A DNA stretch of 64,000 nucleotides from Eledone cirrhosa. Taxonomy: Eukaryota. Below, one piece after another: positions 12,420-26,543 of the stretch; within the stretch, counting starts at the first letter, position 1, and every line of letters starts with the position of its first letter. The notes below the pieces were generated by a model that saw only the letters and a list, made by a program, of their open reading frames with translations, ran no database searches and was not told where the DNA came from. The stretch is taken from contig OZ024742.1 in the NCBI GenBank assembly GCA_964016885.1, positions 183,954,001 to 184,018,000 of the forward strand. Direction: 5' to 3'. The position numbers and the translations under genes were made by a program.

Positions 12420-12665
12420 GACCAACAGTCTCCTATAAATGTATGTCAACCCATCCCACACCATCGATGTTGTCCAAGGGAAAGACAAAGGCTGATACAG
12501 CTTGGCGCCATTGTTGTCGCAATTCATTTTTTCCAGCCGTGGACCAAAGCAATGTGAAATAAAATGTCTTGATCTAGGACACAGCGTACCGCTCATTCGG
12601 GAATCGAACTCACAGCCTTTGGATCGGAGCCCGCACATCCTAACCACTGAGCCAGGTGTCTTCAC
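12420..12665 (-). mobile_element. tRNA-derived SINE, family 2
   Basis: Minus strand A box TGGCTCAGTGG and B box GAGTTCGATTCC followed by a non-tRNA body; related heads at 15645-15770 (+) and ~14870-15040 (-). Confidence 0.7.
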
Positions 12666-12862
12666 ATTTGGCTACTACTTCTTAGAGGCTCCCTTGTTTG
12701 TTCATGGAGAGTAAATTAAATGGGGAATGATTGGTTTAAGTGAAGCAAGCTTTGCCTTGCAGCTAAATAGACATTTTAGAGCCATGAGTTTCTATCCATT
12801 GGGCCGATACTACTTCTTTATTGGTGAGAATATTTTCTTAATTGAATATAGAGCCTAAAGCT

Positions 12863-12934
<72 letters not shown>

Positions 12935-12986
12935 TATACATATATATACTTATATATGTATACACACACATACATACAAAAACCTG

Positions 12987-13073
<87 letters not shown>

Positions 13074-13619
13074 TTCTATATATATATGCATATATGTATG
13101 TATGTATATATGTATGTATGTATAGTGTTGTTACATGGAAGCAGAAAACCGCCTGGAGCAGGAGACAAACGATCAGCACTCTACAACACACGATGATATT
13201 AATGGCTTCATTTACATAAAATGAAACCTCTCAGACTCAGTGTTATAAAAGTAAGAGCTAGTTCTAGCTAGGTAGTGGCGTTCATGCCTGGCACCATAAA
13301 ATATATTTTCAACAACCATTCATCAAAGTAGCCGTTATGCCAGGGCTTCTCAAAATGGTTCATATAGACCCCTAGGGCGGATAGAATTTTGGCAGAGGTG
13401 ATTGAATAACAGCTTAGAGATTCTTGGTGATGGGTGAATTTACTAGTTTTGCATTTATTAATCCCTTTATAACGAGAGAACAAAAATTACTGGATCATGT
13501 AGACTAGCTGCCAAATATGGTATACATAGCAGAACCCCTGATTGGATGTAATGGCAGCTAGTGATCTGTCGTTCATAAATGATCCGTTGAAAACAAACCG
13601 ATCTTTTAAATGGATAAAC

Positions 13620-13966
13620 CAGAGGTTTTCTCACTTTTTGGGCCACCGCCCCCCTCACGGGCACTTAATACCCTCAGCGCCCACCTCCAACCCTATTTCC
13701 AGAGAGACCTGTCTACACTCAAGTTGTAAATAATATATTATAAATAAAATCGCTAGTTTGTATATAATAAATGATATAACATATATTATGTATAAATAAA
13801 TATATATTTTTTATTTTACTATATTTATTTATATGTATCATCTGATATTTAATATACTATTATATCATCTCTACTGCAAGCTCCACCACCACTCCCTTAG
13901 GCCCCAGCAGCTGCTGGACCTTCTCAACGCCCCCGGGGGCGGTAGCACCCACTTTGAGAACCTCTG
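13620..13966. mobile_element. Non-autonomous hAT-type DNA transposon (MITE)
   Basis: TIRs CAGAGGTT(T)TCTCA / TGAGAACCTCTG with perfect 8-bp TSD GGATAAAC (13612-13619, 13967-13974). Confidence 0.9.
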
Positions 13967-14494
13967 GGATAAACGATCCGGCTCTAACTGAAAAGATCCA
14001 TCAATATTTTCGATTAGAATAATTCAGGCATTTAATGTTACGTTGGTATTTATACTTTACTGATTCTATTCTGATCTTCTCTCAAGTTGTATTAAATGCA
14101 GACAAATTAGTTGTATTTTGTCATTTTATATTAGATTAATTTGTCTGGGAGTTTAATAGAAATTATATTATATTACAAGGGTTCTATTTAGTAAAACGTA
14201 TGAGAAGACTTACTTCAGGTGGTCATTCGATCTGTTAGAAAGAGCAGCCATATTTTCTCAAACCACACTCTACTTTCTTAACAACGAAAGGACACATTGG
14301 GTAATGTAGTTCTAGATATAAAATGACGGTATGACGGTATGACAATGGAGTAAACAACAATAACAGAATATTGTTTTCTTAAACATACGCTATATTTGAC
14401 TTTTTCTAATAAAAAAAAACTGTATTAATCTATATATCTATGGTGGCAGTTATTCTCTCATGTGCGTGTGTGTGTGTGTCTTTTATTAAAGACA

Positions 14495-14692
14495 CAGAAA
14501 GCGGTGTATTGATAGTATCGGTAGAGCGCCAGACAAAATCATTTGCGCTATTTGATCATGATGTTCAGCGTTTTTAGTTCAAATCCCAACGAGGGCAACT
14601 TTGCCTTTCTTCCTTCCAGTTTCGTAATTAGATCAATATAATAGACTTTCCTCTCCCCAAAATTGTTGGCCTTGTGCCTAAAGCGAAAACAA
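14495..14692 (+). mobile_element. tRNA-derived SINE, family 1 (older copy)
   Basis: B box AGTTCAAATCC, 3' end GGCCTTGTGCCTAAAGCGAAAACAA; 12-bp TSD TTATTAAAGACA at 14483-14494 and 14693-14704. Confidence 0.8.
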
Positions 14693-15139
14693 TTATTAAA
14701 GACAAGATTAAATTTTTTATCAGTTTTTCGTATCTACTTGTAATGTGATATGAGTACCGCCTCCATAATTAATCGTCTACTTTTGTTGAGAATTTTGTAT
14801 AATACGAATGTGTTGACCATCAGTATTTTCATATTCAGTTCTGTTTTGTGGCGTATGGTGTAGAGTGCTTCAATTGCCTCTCTAAGTCTAAAGTCTGCTA
14901 TTGCTGGAACCCATTTTCAGTTGAGTATACTGAAGCAACGGGAAATGAAGTGTTTTGCTCAAGAACGCAACACGCAGCCCTGCCCAGGAATCGAATCCAC
15001 GACATTATAATCGTAAGTCCAACACCTGCAATTGCTCCCTCCTGTAAATGTATCGTGAGCTTTTGAGAGAGTGTTGTACTTGTATGGCCAATGTAAAAGT
15101 TGGAGTCAGGGAGTTTATAATTTATAAATCACATTGCTT

Positions 15140-15355
15140 CAGCAATCGGTCATCAGAAGAAGGGAAGAGGTGTAAAGCCAAACTTGCTGTCTTCAATTCG
15201 GTGTCCGTATCAACCCTTATCTATGGTCATGGATCTTGGGTGATAACTGAAAGAATACTATCGCGAATACAAGCGGCCGAAATGGGTTCCTCCGAGGGGT
15301 CTTTGGAGTAAAGTTACTCGATTGCGCAGCTCGGAGATCAGAGAGTCACTCCATA
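15140..15355 (+). mobile_element. RTE-clade LINE fragment (post-RT region)
   Basis: KAKLAVFNSVSVSTLIYGHGSWVITERILSRIQAAEM is typical of RTE ORF C-terminal regions. Confidence 0.75.
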
Positions 15356-16165
15356 AGTTTAAATACCGCAGAGGTCAACTTTGCCTTTCATCGTTTCGGG
15401 GTCGATAAGTACTAGTAACGCACTGGAATCGATTTAATCGACTTTCGCCTTGTGTCTATATCAGAAACCATTATCAACTGTAATAGATAGCAACATCTGT
15501 AGCGCGGCTGATATATTTCTATTACGGTATTCGCTACATATATTTCTTTTCTGAGTTCAAATCCTGCCGAAGTATACTTTTGGAGCTGACATAATAAAGT
15601 GTCAGTCAAATACTAAGGCTGGTTTCGTTAAATATCTTCGAGAGGGAAGACGCCTGGCTTAGCCGTAGTGTGTTGGACTGATCCTCATAAGGTCATTGGT
15701 TCGATTTCTGAACCGACAGGCGGGCTGCTTTCTTGAGCAAGTCGTTTCATATCACATCACGTTTCATGATAGAACTGCACTCCTATCATTAACACACCCA
15801 AGAAACCTCACATCCGAAGGTTTATAGGAGACTATCTAAACATAAAGGTGCCAGCCGTAATAACATTTTTTTATCAAATATTTACTAGCGAAGACGAGTT
15901 ATTTAGAAAATCGTACGAATATAGAAAAGATTATCTCCCCCTTCCTTCCACTTCATCCTTTTTTTTTTTTTTACTGCTGTATAAGATTTCTTAATTCCCT
16001 TCCTGTAATAAGATAGAGTGGGAAAGTAATTGGGCGATTTATGTACCAATTGTTAAATGTAAAAGAGTGGCAAGTTAGATTGCCTACATCAATAACATTT
16101 ACACTCAGATGCATACACGCACACACAAACTGACACACAGACACACATAAATACACGTCTCTCTC

Positions 16166-16312
<147 letters not shown>

Positions 16313-16314
16313 TA

Positions 16315-17265
16315 AAAGTGACAAAGGCACTGTGTGGTTACTAATAAATATTATTTAGAAAACATAAGTCGGACATAGGACGGATTAGCAAGTAACTGTT
16401 GGACCGTATTATACCTCGGATTATGGCACATTCCCGCTGTAACCTCTGGATTAACACAACCGAAGTTATCGACTGGTTCCAACAAATTAGCAACAAAAAT
16501 TTGACATTGAGAACTATTATGCTTCAATCACCCTCCCATTCTGAAGAGGGTCATAGACTTCACCATGACCTAAACTACAATAGAGGACTCTACATATGAA
16601 ATTATATTACACGCACGCCACACGCTCCTGAGCTACACCGGGTCACTTCGGGCCAAGCAGTCACTTGACTCCTCCTTCGATGTGACCATGGGAGCTAGTG
16701 ACTCGGTGGAGGTCACTGACATGATTGGACGCTACTTACTGTCTAAATTAAAATATCGCTTCCCACAGATAGGAGGGGGATTGTACAGCGACGATGGTCT
16801 ACTCACCTACCACATCTTCAGCCGCGGTGTAACCGGCCGAACCAGAAAAGATCTCCTGAACTTTTTTTTACCGACCTGGGATTACGGATTACCATCCACC
16901 GCCACCTGAGTTCAGTGGACTTCCTCAACGTCACACTGAACCTTGAAACCGGACTATACTACGTGTAGCATAACAGAACTCCAACCATCCCCGTTCCATA
17001 ACTAATAACCTGACTACAAACGTCTCCATCCGTATCTGTCGGCTGTCCACGACCGAGCAGATCTTCCATGAACATGCGCCTATTGCAACGACACCCTCCG
17101 ACACAGTGGATTTAACCAAGACATAGAATTCGTCGGACCCCAAGGGGCGCGAAACCACCACAAGAAACAGAAAACACCAGAATAAGGACGTGGCAACACC
17201 CTTCACTCGGATATTCTTCTGGATGATCCGGAGACACTTTCCAGCACAGCACCGGCACCACAGAA
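16315..17265 (+). pseudogene. Decayed Penelope-like element reverse transcriptase
   Basis: Frameshifted motifs NLWINTTEVIDWF, FDVTMGASDSVEVTDMIGRYLL and GLYSDDGL (cf. PLE FDVTMGSxDGAE...GLYRDDGL). Confidence 0.8.
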
Positions 17266-17574
17266 TATTATATATATATAGAGAGGGAGAGTGTAAACTC
17301 GTCCGAATGAGAAGACATATATATATATATATGAGGAATTTGTAGTTTACTTGAAATATTGTATATGATATGAAGAATTCGAAGTTGGAAAGCCACGACA
17401 ATGCAGGTTTAGCATGGTATAGCAAGCCGTATCGGACACTGGAACAGTTCTCCGAAGAAGAGATAGTAATCTCGAAATATCCGGGTTCTTATAGAGCCCG
17501 GTCATTGAAATGTGCATAATGTTTATAATAAACCTTTAAGGAATTTCACCAGTCCAGCCTCCTGTCATTTTACT

Positions 17575-17683
<109 letters not shown>

Positions 17684-17734
17684 TATATAAATATACATAT
17701 ATACATATATACATATATATATATACATATATAC

Positions 17735-17765
<31 letters not shown>

Positions 17766-17825
17766 CATATATACATATATATATATATACATATATACAT
17801 ACATATATACATAGTGGGGAAATAA

Positions 17826-17906
17826 GCTGTCTGAAGATTCATTTCTTTACATTGGAAATTCTCTGGATGTCCAATCTTTTGGAATGATGAAACCGTCGGT
17901 AACAGC
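17826..17906 (+). ncRNA. Type I hammerhead ribozyme (PLE-type)
   Basis: GCTGT-CTGAAGA-helix II (tcatttc...ggaatga)-GAAA-ccgtcgg-TA-ACAGC; diverged inverted partial copy at ~18288-18365. Confidence 0.7.
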
Positions 17907-18123
17907 AATAGAACAGGTGATTATTTAAATCGTTTTTTAATTTATTTAGAGAATTGTTTGATAACCGCTTGCTCAGGTATTTTTATATTGTTCTGGTATC
18001 TCGAATTAGTACCATTGAACCACAAATATTATAAACACCTTGCACATTTCTACAAGAACATAGTGCCTGTTGAAGTATTCATCCACTTTTATATATATAC
18101 ATATATATATATTTATGTATATA

Positions 18124-18217
<94 letters not shown>

Positions 18218-18368
18218 CCATTGAACAACAAATGTATTATATACACCCTATATATTTCCGTAGGTACTTACTACCTGAGGGGATATTAATCTTCACCTGT
18301 TCAAAATGCTATTACCGATGGTTTCGCTTCACAAAAGATTGGAAATCCAGAGAATTACCAACGGAAAG

Positions 18369-18434
<66 letters not shown>

Positions 18435-18553
18435 GCTCGGACCTACTCGTTTGAATCTTAGAGCTTATTTTGCGGGTGATATGGGGTATGTCTTTATGGC
18501 ATGACACCCATAATTTTGATTTAGGTTAAATTCATTTGATTTATCTTAATTTT

Positions 18554-19160
<607 letters not shown>

Positions 19161-19504
19161 GAAATATCTAGACATGCCCTCTGAGACACACATCTACTCA
19201 CACACTCCAATCATTATCATATATGTGTGTGGGTGGGGTGTGGGGTGGGGGTGGGGGTGGGGGTGGGGGTAATTGTTTTCTTTCACTTCATTGTATAATT
19301 TTTTTTCGTTTCTCACAAATCACAATTTCCTACGCTAATATTCTCTTTCTCCTCAAATATTTCATGAAACAGTTTTGTCTCCCATACCTTTCTTTGTTCA
19401 GGACCAATTTTCATTGCAGGATTCATAACATTTTTATGAGGAAATGAGTTCAGATTATTTTGAAGATAAATAAAGTAGAAACAATTATTACCATTATTAT
19501 TATT

Positions 19505-19600
19505 GAGGTTTACTTTGCCTTTAATCCTTACGGGGTCGATAAAATAAAGTACCAGTAATGCACTGGGTAATTGCTGGCCTTGTGCCAAAAGTAGAAACAA
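19505..19600 (+). mobile_element. 5'-truncated SINE family 1, sitting in the ATT tail of an earlier SINE end (19474-19504)
   Basis: Nearly identical to the 3' half of 11159-11338; preceded by GTAGAAACAATTATTACCATTATTATT and followed by (TTC)/(TTA)n. Confidence 0.85.
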
Positions 19601-19622
19601 TTCTTCTTCTTATTATTATTAT

Positions 19623-21744
19623 AGTTGCATTTATCTTGATTTATGTACATAGGAGTTATCACCAAGTCACAACCAGTGACCTCAAGACACAACAAGGTCC
19701 GCCATGTTGAAGAAAGAACATACATACACACACATGCATCTTTAGGTGTTTAGACTTGTGATGTACTTATATTGACAGAATCTTCCTTAGTATATGGGCA
19801 GTTCCCATTAGTACTATCTTTTGTATTTCTCCTATACGCGGGTTTCCTGGGATTTGCGATAAGTAATCATTAGACCCCTTAGGTATCATTCCTAGAGCGC
19901 CTACAACCACTGGTATTGTTTTAGTTCTCAATTTCCACATTTTTCCAATTTCTATCTCCAGGTCCTTATACTTGCTCAATTTTTCAAATGTTTTTATAGA
20001 TACATTCTTGTCTATTGGAACGGACATATCAATTAGCAGGCATACCCTCTTTTTAAAGTCCTTCAGTATTATATCAGGTCTATTTGCATCTATTTTTCGG
20101 TCTGTTTGGATGCTAAAGTTCCACAAGATTGAGATGTGATCTTTTTCAAGTATGGGAGGTGGTTGTTGCTCCCACCAATTCTTTTGATGGGGCAGGTCAA
20201 AATGCTTACACATTATCCAATGTATGTATTGTGCAGCTCTGTCATGCCTGTTTAGGTATTCGGTTGGAGCTATAGGACTGCATATTGAAATTATATGATC
20301 AATGGTCTCTGGTTATTTTTTACATACACGGCATAATGGGTTGCATCCATTTTTTATTATGTTGGCTTGGTAATTTTTTGTTGGCAGACACTGATCTTGT
20401 GCTGATATAATCAGTCCTTCAGTCTCAGATTTCAGTCCAGAGGATGCCAACCACTGATGGGTTAAAGTTTTGTCAACATCAGGATTGTTAGCTCTTTCTG
20501 GGTATTTTCCATACAGAGGCTTTTCTTGCCATTTCTTAGCCAGTTTCTGTAGCAGTTCTTTCTTTGCAGTTATTTTACCTGCTTTGCTTTTTCTGTGTTT
20601 TCCATTTCAGCAGTAAATGGGACTTCTGAAATTTGTAGTCCATTACTGTATCTTTGTGCATCTTTTGTAATGGAGTATGATCTTTTGGTGCTTTCGTGTT
20701 TCAAAACGAGTTTGATCATCCAATCATGTGATTCCCTTAGATATGTAGATAATCCAATTCTTGCAGTTTTCAACGCAATATCTAACTGGATTAACCCACG
20801 TCCTCCTTCTTTCCTAGGGAGATATATTCTATCTGTATCTGCCTTAGGGTGATGCATTCTGTGCATGGTTAATAATTTTTCTAATTTTTGTATCGAGCCT
20901 ACGGATCTGTGCTTGACCAGTTGATGATATTGTAACTGTAGGTTACTACTGGTATGGCAAGCGTGTTTATGGCATCGATCCTATTCCTTGCATTCAATTC
21001 CGTTCTTAAGATTGCTCTTACTCTGCGATAACATTCCTTCCTTATCCTTTACCTCATTGTCGAGTGTTTGATTCCATCTCCTTCACAAACACCTAGATAT
21101 TTGTAAGTTTCCTCTTGATCAAATTCTCTTATCACATTCCCCCGATCAAGATTAATGTCTGAACTTTTCAGCAGCTTTCCTCTGGTGAACGTTGCTTTGG
21201 CGCATTTATCTAGTCCAAACTCCATTTTAATGTCATCACTGAACTGCTCCACAGTGGATAATAGTCCTTGCAATTGTTCATCATTTTTTGCAAATAGTTT
21301 CAGGTCATACATGTAGAACAAGTGATTAATGGTTTTGTCAGAGACTTTGTATCCATGTTTTGTTTCATTGAGCATTTTACTTAATGGTATAAGTGCGATG
21401 CAGAATAAAAGCAGTGATAAAGAGTCACCCTGAAAAATTCCACAATTAATATTAACTTCTCCAGCTTCCAGTGATTTTGTTTCACTATTCAAAAGGAGTG
21501 TCGTTTTCCATGTCTTCATACTGAATGACAAGAACCTCCTGACAACGGGAGATATTTTGAAAATCTCTAAACATTTTTCAATCCAACTGTGTGGCAAACT
21601 ATCGAATGCTTTTTTATAATCTATCCAAGCAATTGATAGATTTTTGTGTCTATTATGACAATCTTCCAGTATCATTTTGCTAACCAAAAGCTGATCCTTA
21701 CAGCCATATGAGCCTCGTTTACACCCTTTCTGCTCATTGGGAAA
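19623..21744 (-). mobile_element. 5'-truncated R4/Dong-type RLE retrotransposon, family A
   Basis: RT ([18 protein letters not shown]), RKEGGRGL, zinc-knuckle region, RLE RPDIIL...LIDMSVP...EKLSKYKDL; (TAA)n tail; frameshift near 20910. Confidence 0.9.
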
Positions 21745-21769
21745 TATTATTATTATTATTATTATTATT

Positions 21770-24700
21770 CCTTGAATCTCAGTCATTGATGTTGGTTAAC
21801 TGGAAAGTCCGTTGGATTGAATATCAAGCCACTACCTGCAGCCTCAGATATTCAGGACGTATCGGAGGGTTCTTGCTGTTCCAAGCAAGCATGCCTTTTG
21901 AAGCGTTCCAAAAAGCGTGAAGGGGCCGATTTTCTTTAACCATCCCTGGAAACTTTTGGAGATAGTCCCCAGTGCGCCTATGACAATCGGGATCACTTTG
22001 ACTTCATGGCAGTTCCAAATCCTTTTCACCTCCCACTTTAGGTCCTGGTATCGGTTAATTTTCTCCCTCTCCTTCTCTTGCACTCTCGTGTCGAACGGGC
22101 AGGCCACATCCACAATCAGGCACGATCTTTTTTCTTTGTCCACAACCACCAGGTCAGGTCTATTGTGTTCCAGTTTTTTGTCCATCTGTATCCTAAAATC
22201 CCACAGCACCTTCACCTGATTGTTCTCCATCACCGCCTCTGGCCTATGCTCATACCATTTCTCAGAATGTGGTAGATTGTTTACTTTGCACAGGTGCCAG
22301 TGGATCACCCTGCCCATCACATCGTGTCTCCAGCCCTTATAGTGGGTCTGGGCTAGGTGTTTACACTCGGACACAATGTGAGCCACAGTCTCCTCTCTCT
22401 CTCCACAGATCCTGCACAGTGGGCTAGCCTCCTCCTTGTAGATATGGTGCTTCAACCACTTCGTTTTGAGGGCCTGCTCCTGCGCAGCCATTAGCATTCC
22501 TTCTGTAGCCTTTTTGAGGTCTCCTCTTCTCAACCAGTTCCATGTCTGTGGATCTCTAAATTCAGTTTTCTCAAAGAAGGTACAATGAAGGGATTTTCCC
22601 TTAAGGCTGCTCTTCCTCCTTGATGTTATTTCCTCCCTGGACATCCCCTGGCCTACTGTCCCCTCCTTCAGTACAGTTCTGAGCATTGGCTCCTTACTAT
22701 AGGTCACGTATTTGTATAGGTTGTTTTTCTCCATCTGAACACAGTCCTCTATGCTGATAAGACCTCTTCCACCCTAAGATCTCCTTAGGTAGAGTCTATC
22801 GACATCACTCCTCTTGTGGAACATGTTGTAGATAGTCAATAGCTTCCTAGTCTTCCTATCCATTTCTTTTTGTTCAGCAACATTCCATCTCAGAATTCCC
22901 GCACTGTACCTAATAATAGACACAGCTCGGGAATTTACTGCGCTTATGGCATTTCTGCTGTTCAGATGTGACTTCAATACGCTCCTTACTCTCCGAATGT
23001 ATTCAGTTCTTAACAATTCCTTCATTTTTTTGTTCTTTATGCCATCAGCCTCCAGAACGCCCAAATACTTGTATCCTTCCTCAGAGTCAATTTCCTTTAT
23101 CATCTCACCTGTTGGTATCTGGATCCCGTTACTTCTGCTCAACCTACCCCTCTTCATCACAATGACTCCACATTTACCAATACCAAACTGCATACATATA
23201 TCACTGCTGAAAATACGGACAGTGTCAACAAGCACATCCAACTCCTTCTCACTTTTCCCGAAGAGCTTAAGATCGTCCATGAAGAGGAGGTGATTGATGG
23301 TAAGCTCTCCCCTTCCCAACTTGTATCCTGCTCTCACTTTTCGCAGCATAATGGTCAAGGGCATCAGGGCAAGGACCAACAACAGAGGGGACAGGCTATC
23401 TCCCTGGAAGATACCTCTCTTGATCTTCCCGCTTCCCAAGGATACTCCAGTTGATGTCAACTCTGTCTCCCAGGACCCCATACTCCTGCCTAGCAACTGT
23501 CTGATGTTATCCGCCACCCTGAAGATCTCCAGGCTTTTGGTGATCCAGGAATGAGGCACCATGTCAAATGCCTTTCTGTAGTCTATCCATCCCATGGCAA
23601 GATCAGTGTGTCTCCTCCTGCAATTCCCCATTACCATCTTATCAATAAGCAACTGGTCCTTTGTACCACGTGACTTCTTTCGGCATCCTTTCTGTTCGTC
23701 CGGTAACAAGTTGTTTGTGTGGAGGTGATGGTAGATTTCCTCAGACACAATGCTCGTCAACAGTTTCCACATTACGGGCAGACATGTGATAGGTCTATAG
23801 TTGGTAGCATCATTACCCTTGATTCGGTCTTTCATTATCAGAACTGTGGTACCTTTTGTCAACCACTCTGGCACCTCACCCGACACCAAGCAGTCATTGA
23901 ACATGGCCGTCAGCTTCGGGTGGAGGGATGTTAGATGTTTAATCCAATACCCCTGCACACCATCTGGGCCTGGTGATTTCCAGTTGGTTAGTTTTTTGGT
24001 TTGCCCCTTAAGAGTTTCAACTGTGATACTCAAATCAGTCTGTTGCTGTGCCTGCTCACCGATCTCCCTCTGTACTGTCTCAATCCACCCTGCCTGGGCA
24101 TTGTGTCTAACATCCTGCTCCCATATTCCTCTCCAGAATGTTTTAGTTTGTTCCGCCCCAGGGATCAAGTCGTTGCCTCTTTCTTTGCCCTCAAGCTGTC
24201 CAAACAGCATCTTCTGGTTGTTGTCGAACATGCGGTTCTGTTTATACTGACTGACTCTGTTCTCGTATCGCCTGATTTTTGCACTCTTTGCTACAATGCG
24301 TTGCTTCAATTCCTCTATGATAATATTTAGCTTTTTACTCCTAGTTTTGTATTTTATTTCCAGTCTATTTTTAGTGCCTATGTTTTTTAGTGTCCCATTC
24401 AGTAGTGACTCAAGCTTTCCTATGTCATTTCTCATTTCCCCGATTTGCCCACTCAGTCGCTTCTTCCACCACGGCTCTGCTCTTTCTTGTCTGTTGTTTC
24501 CTCTCGCTTTTATACCAAGTAGTTTCCTCACCGTATTTGCTGTTGCTCTGAGGATATTGTTGCACTGGTGAAGGCTCCTCGCCTCAAGGTATGGGATGAC
24601 TTTGTTTACCTTAGCTGTTGTTTCTTTTAACTTTTTCCTGTCTACAAATCTTAGGTTCATAGGTCTCCCACTATCATTGTTCAATTCATCTACCACTAAA

Positions 24701-26310
24701 TTTAGGATGTCAACCGAATCTTGTCCTAGCCCGTCAGCATTCATCTCCTCAGTGGCCGTATCTCTGTTCCAGGTATTATTTATCTCAGTACTCAGATCAT
24801 TGTCTGCTTCGGGTGGTTCCTCCGTTCTCAGGACCTCCTCACCTTCATTTCCCACCGGCTCGCTTGTCTGGCATACTACACCCGCCATCTCCAAGCCATT
24901 CTCTCTGCTCAGTTCCTCCAGTTCCAGCTCGCTTATCCACCCATTAGTTCTTATTACCCGAGCCTGCCCGGCCAATTTTTGTTCATCTAATTTAAATAAA
25001 CCAATCTCGTTCCAGATGTTATGCATCCGTCTCCTGTAGCCCCTCTCCTTGGGGTTACTTTTCAGGTAGCATTGCATAACAGTTCTATTCAATTCTTTCG
25101 TCCAGTTGGTTCTGGCCCCTTTCCTTCTTCTCCTTCCTCCAACATCAGCAGTATTTGGTTGACAGTCAGGTTCCTGCTGCTGAGCCAGGGGGCACCTGTT
25201 GGGTGAGAGTCTGTCACATGACGTTCTAGTCTCCATTTCACCGTTATTCGAACTGTTTATGTTCGATATTTAAACACTCTTATCGAGGATTGGCGAATGT
25301 ATGTTTACATAGCCATCTGTGGATCCGCCATCCCACTTGGCCCTTGTGTGGCATTATCACCACGCTGTATACGAACACACATAAACAAACAAACACACAG
25401 GCAGAAAGGGCCCCAAAAATGCATATGCATAAGTTTCATTGTAATGTAGTGTTCGAATGTCTGACTTAGTTTTAGTTTTTTAAGTTTTACTTTTTCCCCC
25501 CTCTTCTCTGTCCGTCCGCCTGCTTCTTTCTTCATTCTTATTTTCTTTACGTTTTTGGGGTTTCTTTTTTTTGTTTTTGTTTTTCTCTGTTTGTTTTTCT
25601 CGTTTTTTGCTGTTGTTGCTGTGCTGCTTTGGTTTTGTTGTTTGTTTTTTCTTTTTTCTTTTGAGTCTATCTATATATTTTGATGCCTTCCTCTTTGTTA
25701 GTAGTAGGAATTCTATAATGTGGAAGTAGCAGCCAGCAGGGGGAAGTGGGAGACTGGCGGCGTTAGCGATACTGAGACAGTGGTGGTGGTGATGTCGATA
25801 CCGAGGCAGTGGTGGCGGTGATGTGACCGTATTACTGTAGTGATGGTGCTGTAGCGGAGTCAAGGGGTGGTGGCGGCGGTGATGGGATAGTGGTGGTAAT
25901 GATGGCCGTAGTGAGCGGTGGCGGTGAAGGTGAAAATGTGTCGTTATCTGGCTGTTGTGTTTAGTGTACACAGATGATGGGGTGGGTGGTGTATCTAGTT
26001 TCTGGTGTTGGTGAGTTTAGCTGTCCTATATAGTGTAGCCAGAGGAGAGGAGGGGGGGGGGGGTTCTTCTTCCATTTATAGCCATTTTTTTTTTTTTGGA
26101 TATACAGTGTACAATACAAAGTTGAATATTTGAATATTTGAGCCTTATAACAATATATTTTGGGTCCGAATTTTTTGGGGCTCAAGCCGGGTGCTTTACG
26201 TAGCATTTGTACTAAGAGTTGTTATTTCACAAATGGTTTAAATATGTTAAAAATTCAAAACTTACGGGAGCGATTTCATGACCTCCGTCACCTCGTGCGT
26301 CTTCTTCCCT
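21770..26310 (-). mobile_element. Full-length R4/Dong-type RLE retrotransposon, copy B1
   Basis: ~1.07-kb 5' UTR, single long ORF, short 3' UTR, (TAA)n on both sides; 5' end identical to B2. Confidence 0.92.
21844..25236 (-). pseudogene. RT-CCHC-RLE polyprotein (1130 codons) split by one in-frame TAG at 22774-22776
   Basis: 820-aa and 296-aa ORFs in the same frame, 13 sense codons apart. Motifs [56 protein letters not shown]. No N-terminal zinc fingers. Confidence 0.9.
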
Positions 26311-26543
26311 TTATTATTATTATTATTATTGAATGCCATGGTTGACGGAGGCTCGGCTCTGTAAGGTATAGTAATTTTTAACCGTTAAAACAATTGTAAA
26401 TTGTTTAAAACTTGAACCAAATTGTTGATAAAGACACCCTCCTCCTCGTGAGAGGGGTCTTTCTGTCCGTTATTTGGCCCTTCGGGGTTAAATAGCCAGT
26501 TATTGGGGTTTTGTACCCAAAATTTCATTTTAAACAAAACAAC

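Noticed and set aside
12590-12660. tRNA gene candidates (also 6243-6312, 15645-15715)
   Set aside because: A and B boxes are present but I could not fold a full cloverleaf; treated as SINE heads or tRNA-like sequence.
25480-25971. 163-aa His/Pro/Lys-rich ORF in the Dong 5' UTR as a possible ORF1
   Set aside because: Non-ATG start and low complexity; its recurrence in B2 reflects recent duplication, not conservation.
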